The notes under the pieces are model-generated. The model was not told where the DNA came from. It saw only the letters and a list, made by a program, of their open reading frames with translations, and searched no databases. Shown piece after piece: positions 62,949 through 64,000 of a stretch of 64,000 nucleotides of DNA (its first letter is position 1; the number at the start of each line of letters is the position of its first letter). Source of the stretch: Octopus bimaculoides (Eukaryota); contig NC_068984.1 in NCBI RefSeq assembly GCF_001194135.2, forward strand, positions 28,891,751-28,955,750, in the 5' to 3' direction. Made by a program: the position numbers and the translations under genes.

Positions 62949-63750
62949 GGTATTGATTGATTATAAGAAAGCATATGATATTGTACCCATTCCTGGATCT
63001 TAGACAGTCTTGAGCTGGTACAGGTATGTGAAGAACTAGAATACAGAGTCAACATGATGTGGACAATTTTTGGCAAGGGTTAATATCAAGAGAAGCATAT
63101 TTCAGGGAGATAGCCTATCACCATTGCTGTTTGTGATTTGTATAATACCTCTCACACAGCTACTATAGAAAGTGACACCTTGAAAAATGAAGACAAATTA
63201 AATTATGGTTGGTTTAAAGATCTTTGAGAAGACCAAATGCAAAATAAATGGTCTGATCTCAACAGTGCAGATATTCAGTAAGGATATTGGGATGGAATTT
63301 GAGACTAAAATGTGTGGTATGCTTATAATATGAAAAGGCAAAATAGTATTATCTGATTGTGTAGAACTACCCAACAGTGAGCAAATCAAGGATGTTGAGA
63401 CTGATGGATATAAGTATCTAGGTATTTTGAAGTGACAAAATCAAAGAGAGTGAAATGAAGGAAAGCTTTGGGTGAGAATATATCAGAAGAACCAAATTAA
63501 TTATGGGGAGCAGACTCAATGGAATGAACAAGATCAGGTTCCTTAATGCAATAAAGTGCAGGTGTCATTAGATGGACAAAGAATGAGATTGAGGAAATGG
63601 ATAGAAAAACCAGTAAAGTGATGACAGTTAACAAGGAAATGCACTCAAAAAGCAATATTGACAGACTTTATGTGCTTAGGAACAAAGGAGGAAGAGACCT
63701 CATAAGATGCAAGATCTGTGTTGTGAACTAGAACAGTCTGGGATGAACAA
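62945..63750 (+). pseudogene. R4/Dong-like reverse-transcriptase fragment
   Basis: IDYKKAYDIVP...IKRSIFQGDSLSPLLFVICIIPL...FSKDIGMEFETK...GYKYLGIL...EMDRKT...NIDRLYVLRNKGGRDL; YMDD region deleted. Confidence 0.9.
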
Positions 63751-64000
63751 CAAGCCTCAGTCAAATCAAAAGTAATAATGATTATAAATCTTTCTAATAA
63801 AATAGCAGCAGTAAATAATTACAGTAATGATTTCTTAATTTCACAAAATCCAAAAGAACAGGAAGGTATCTAAAACACTTATATGTTTATGAAAGTGCTT
63901 TTGAAAGTCTTTAATATATTTTTCATTTACATTTCATTCAAATGTCACAGTTGAATTGATAATAAATTTCAAAGACAAACCAAAAAGTAATGAAAATTTT

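Overview
AT-rich, microsatellite-rich eukaryotic genomic DNA with many assembly gaps. The repeat families look like those of octopus (recognised from memory of cephalopod repeats, not from a database search). Most of the window is intron-like sequence filled with degraded retroelements (several tRNA-headed SINE families; RTE, CR1/L2-group and R4/Dong-like LINE fragments; a Penelope-like fragment) and DNA transposon remnants (mariner, Tc1- and pogo-like MITEs, Chapaev3-like, hAT-like). No intact long ORF, tRNA/rRNA gene or CRISPR array is supported. The best host-gene signal is on the minus strand: a chain of tiny GT-AG exons (14, 24 and 11 nt, plus one running off the left edge at position 1) that splice into VSYVGMRRRWCTFDRRSLYY, which resembles beta2-beta3 of a PH domain. 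More candidate microexons upstream extend the frame, so most of the window may be introns of one microexon-fragmented gene. Other notable structures: a fold-back mariner with two 5' ends, R4/Dong fragments stacked on (TAA)n tracts and on SINE tails, a hammerhead-ribozyme-like core, and an RTE with a PHD-like finger remnant and a dimeric tandem repeat in its 3' UTR. Boundaries of degraded repeats are approximate.
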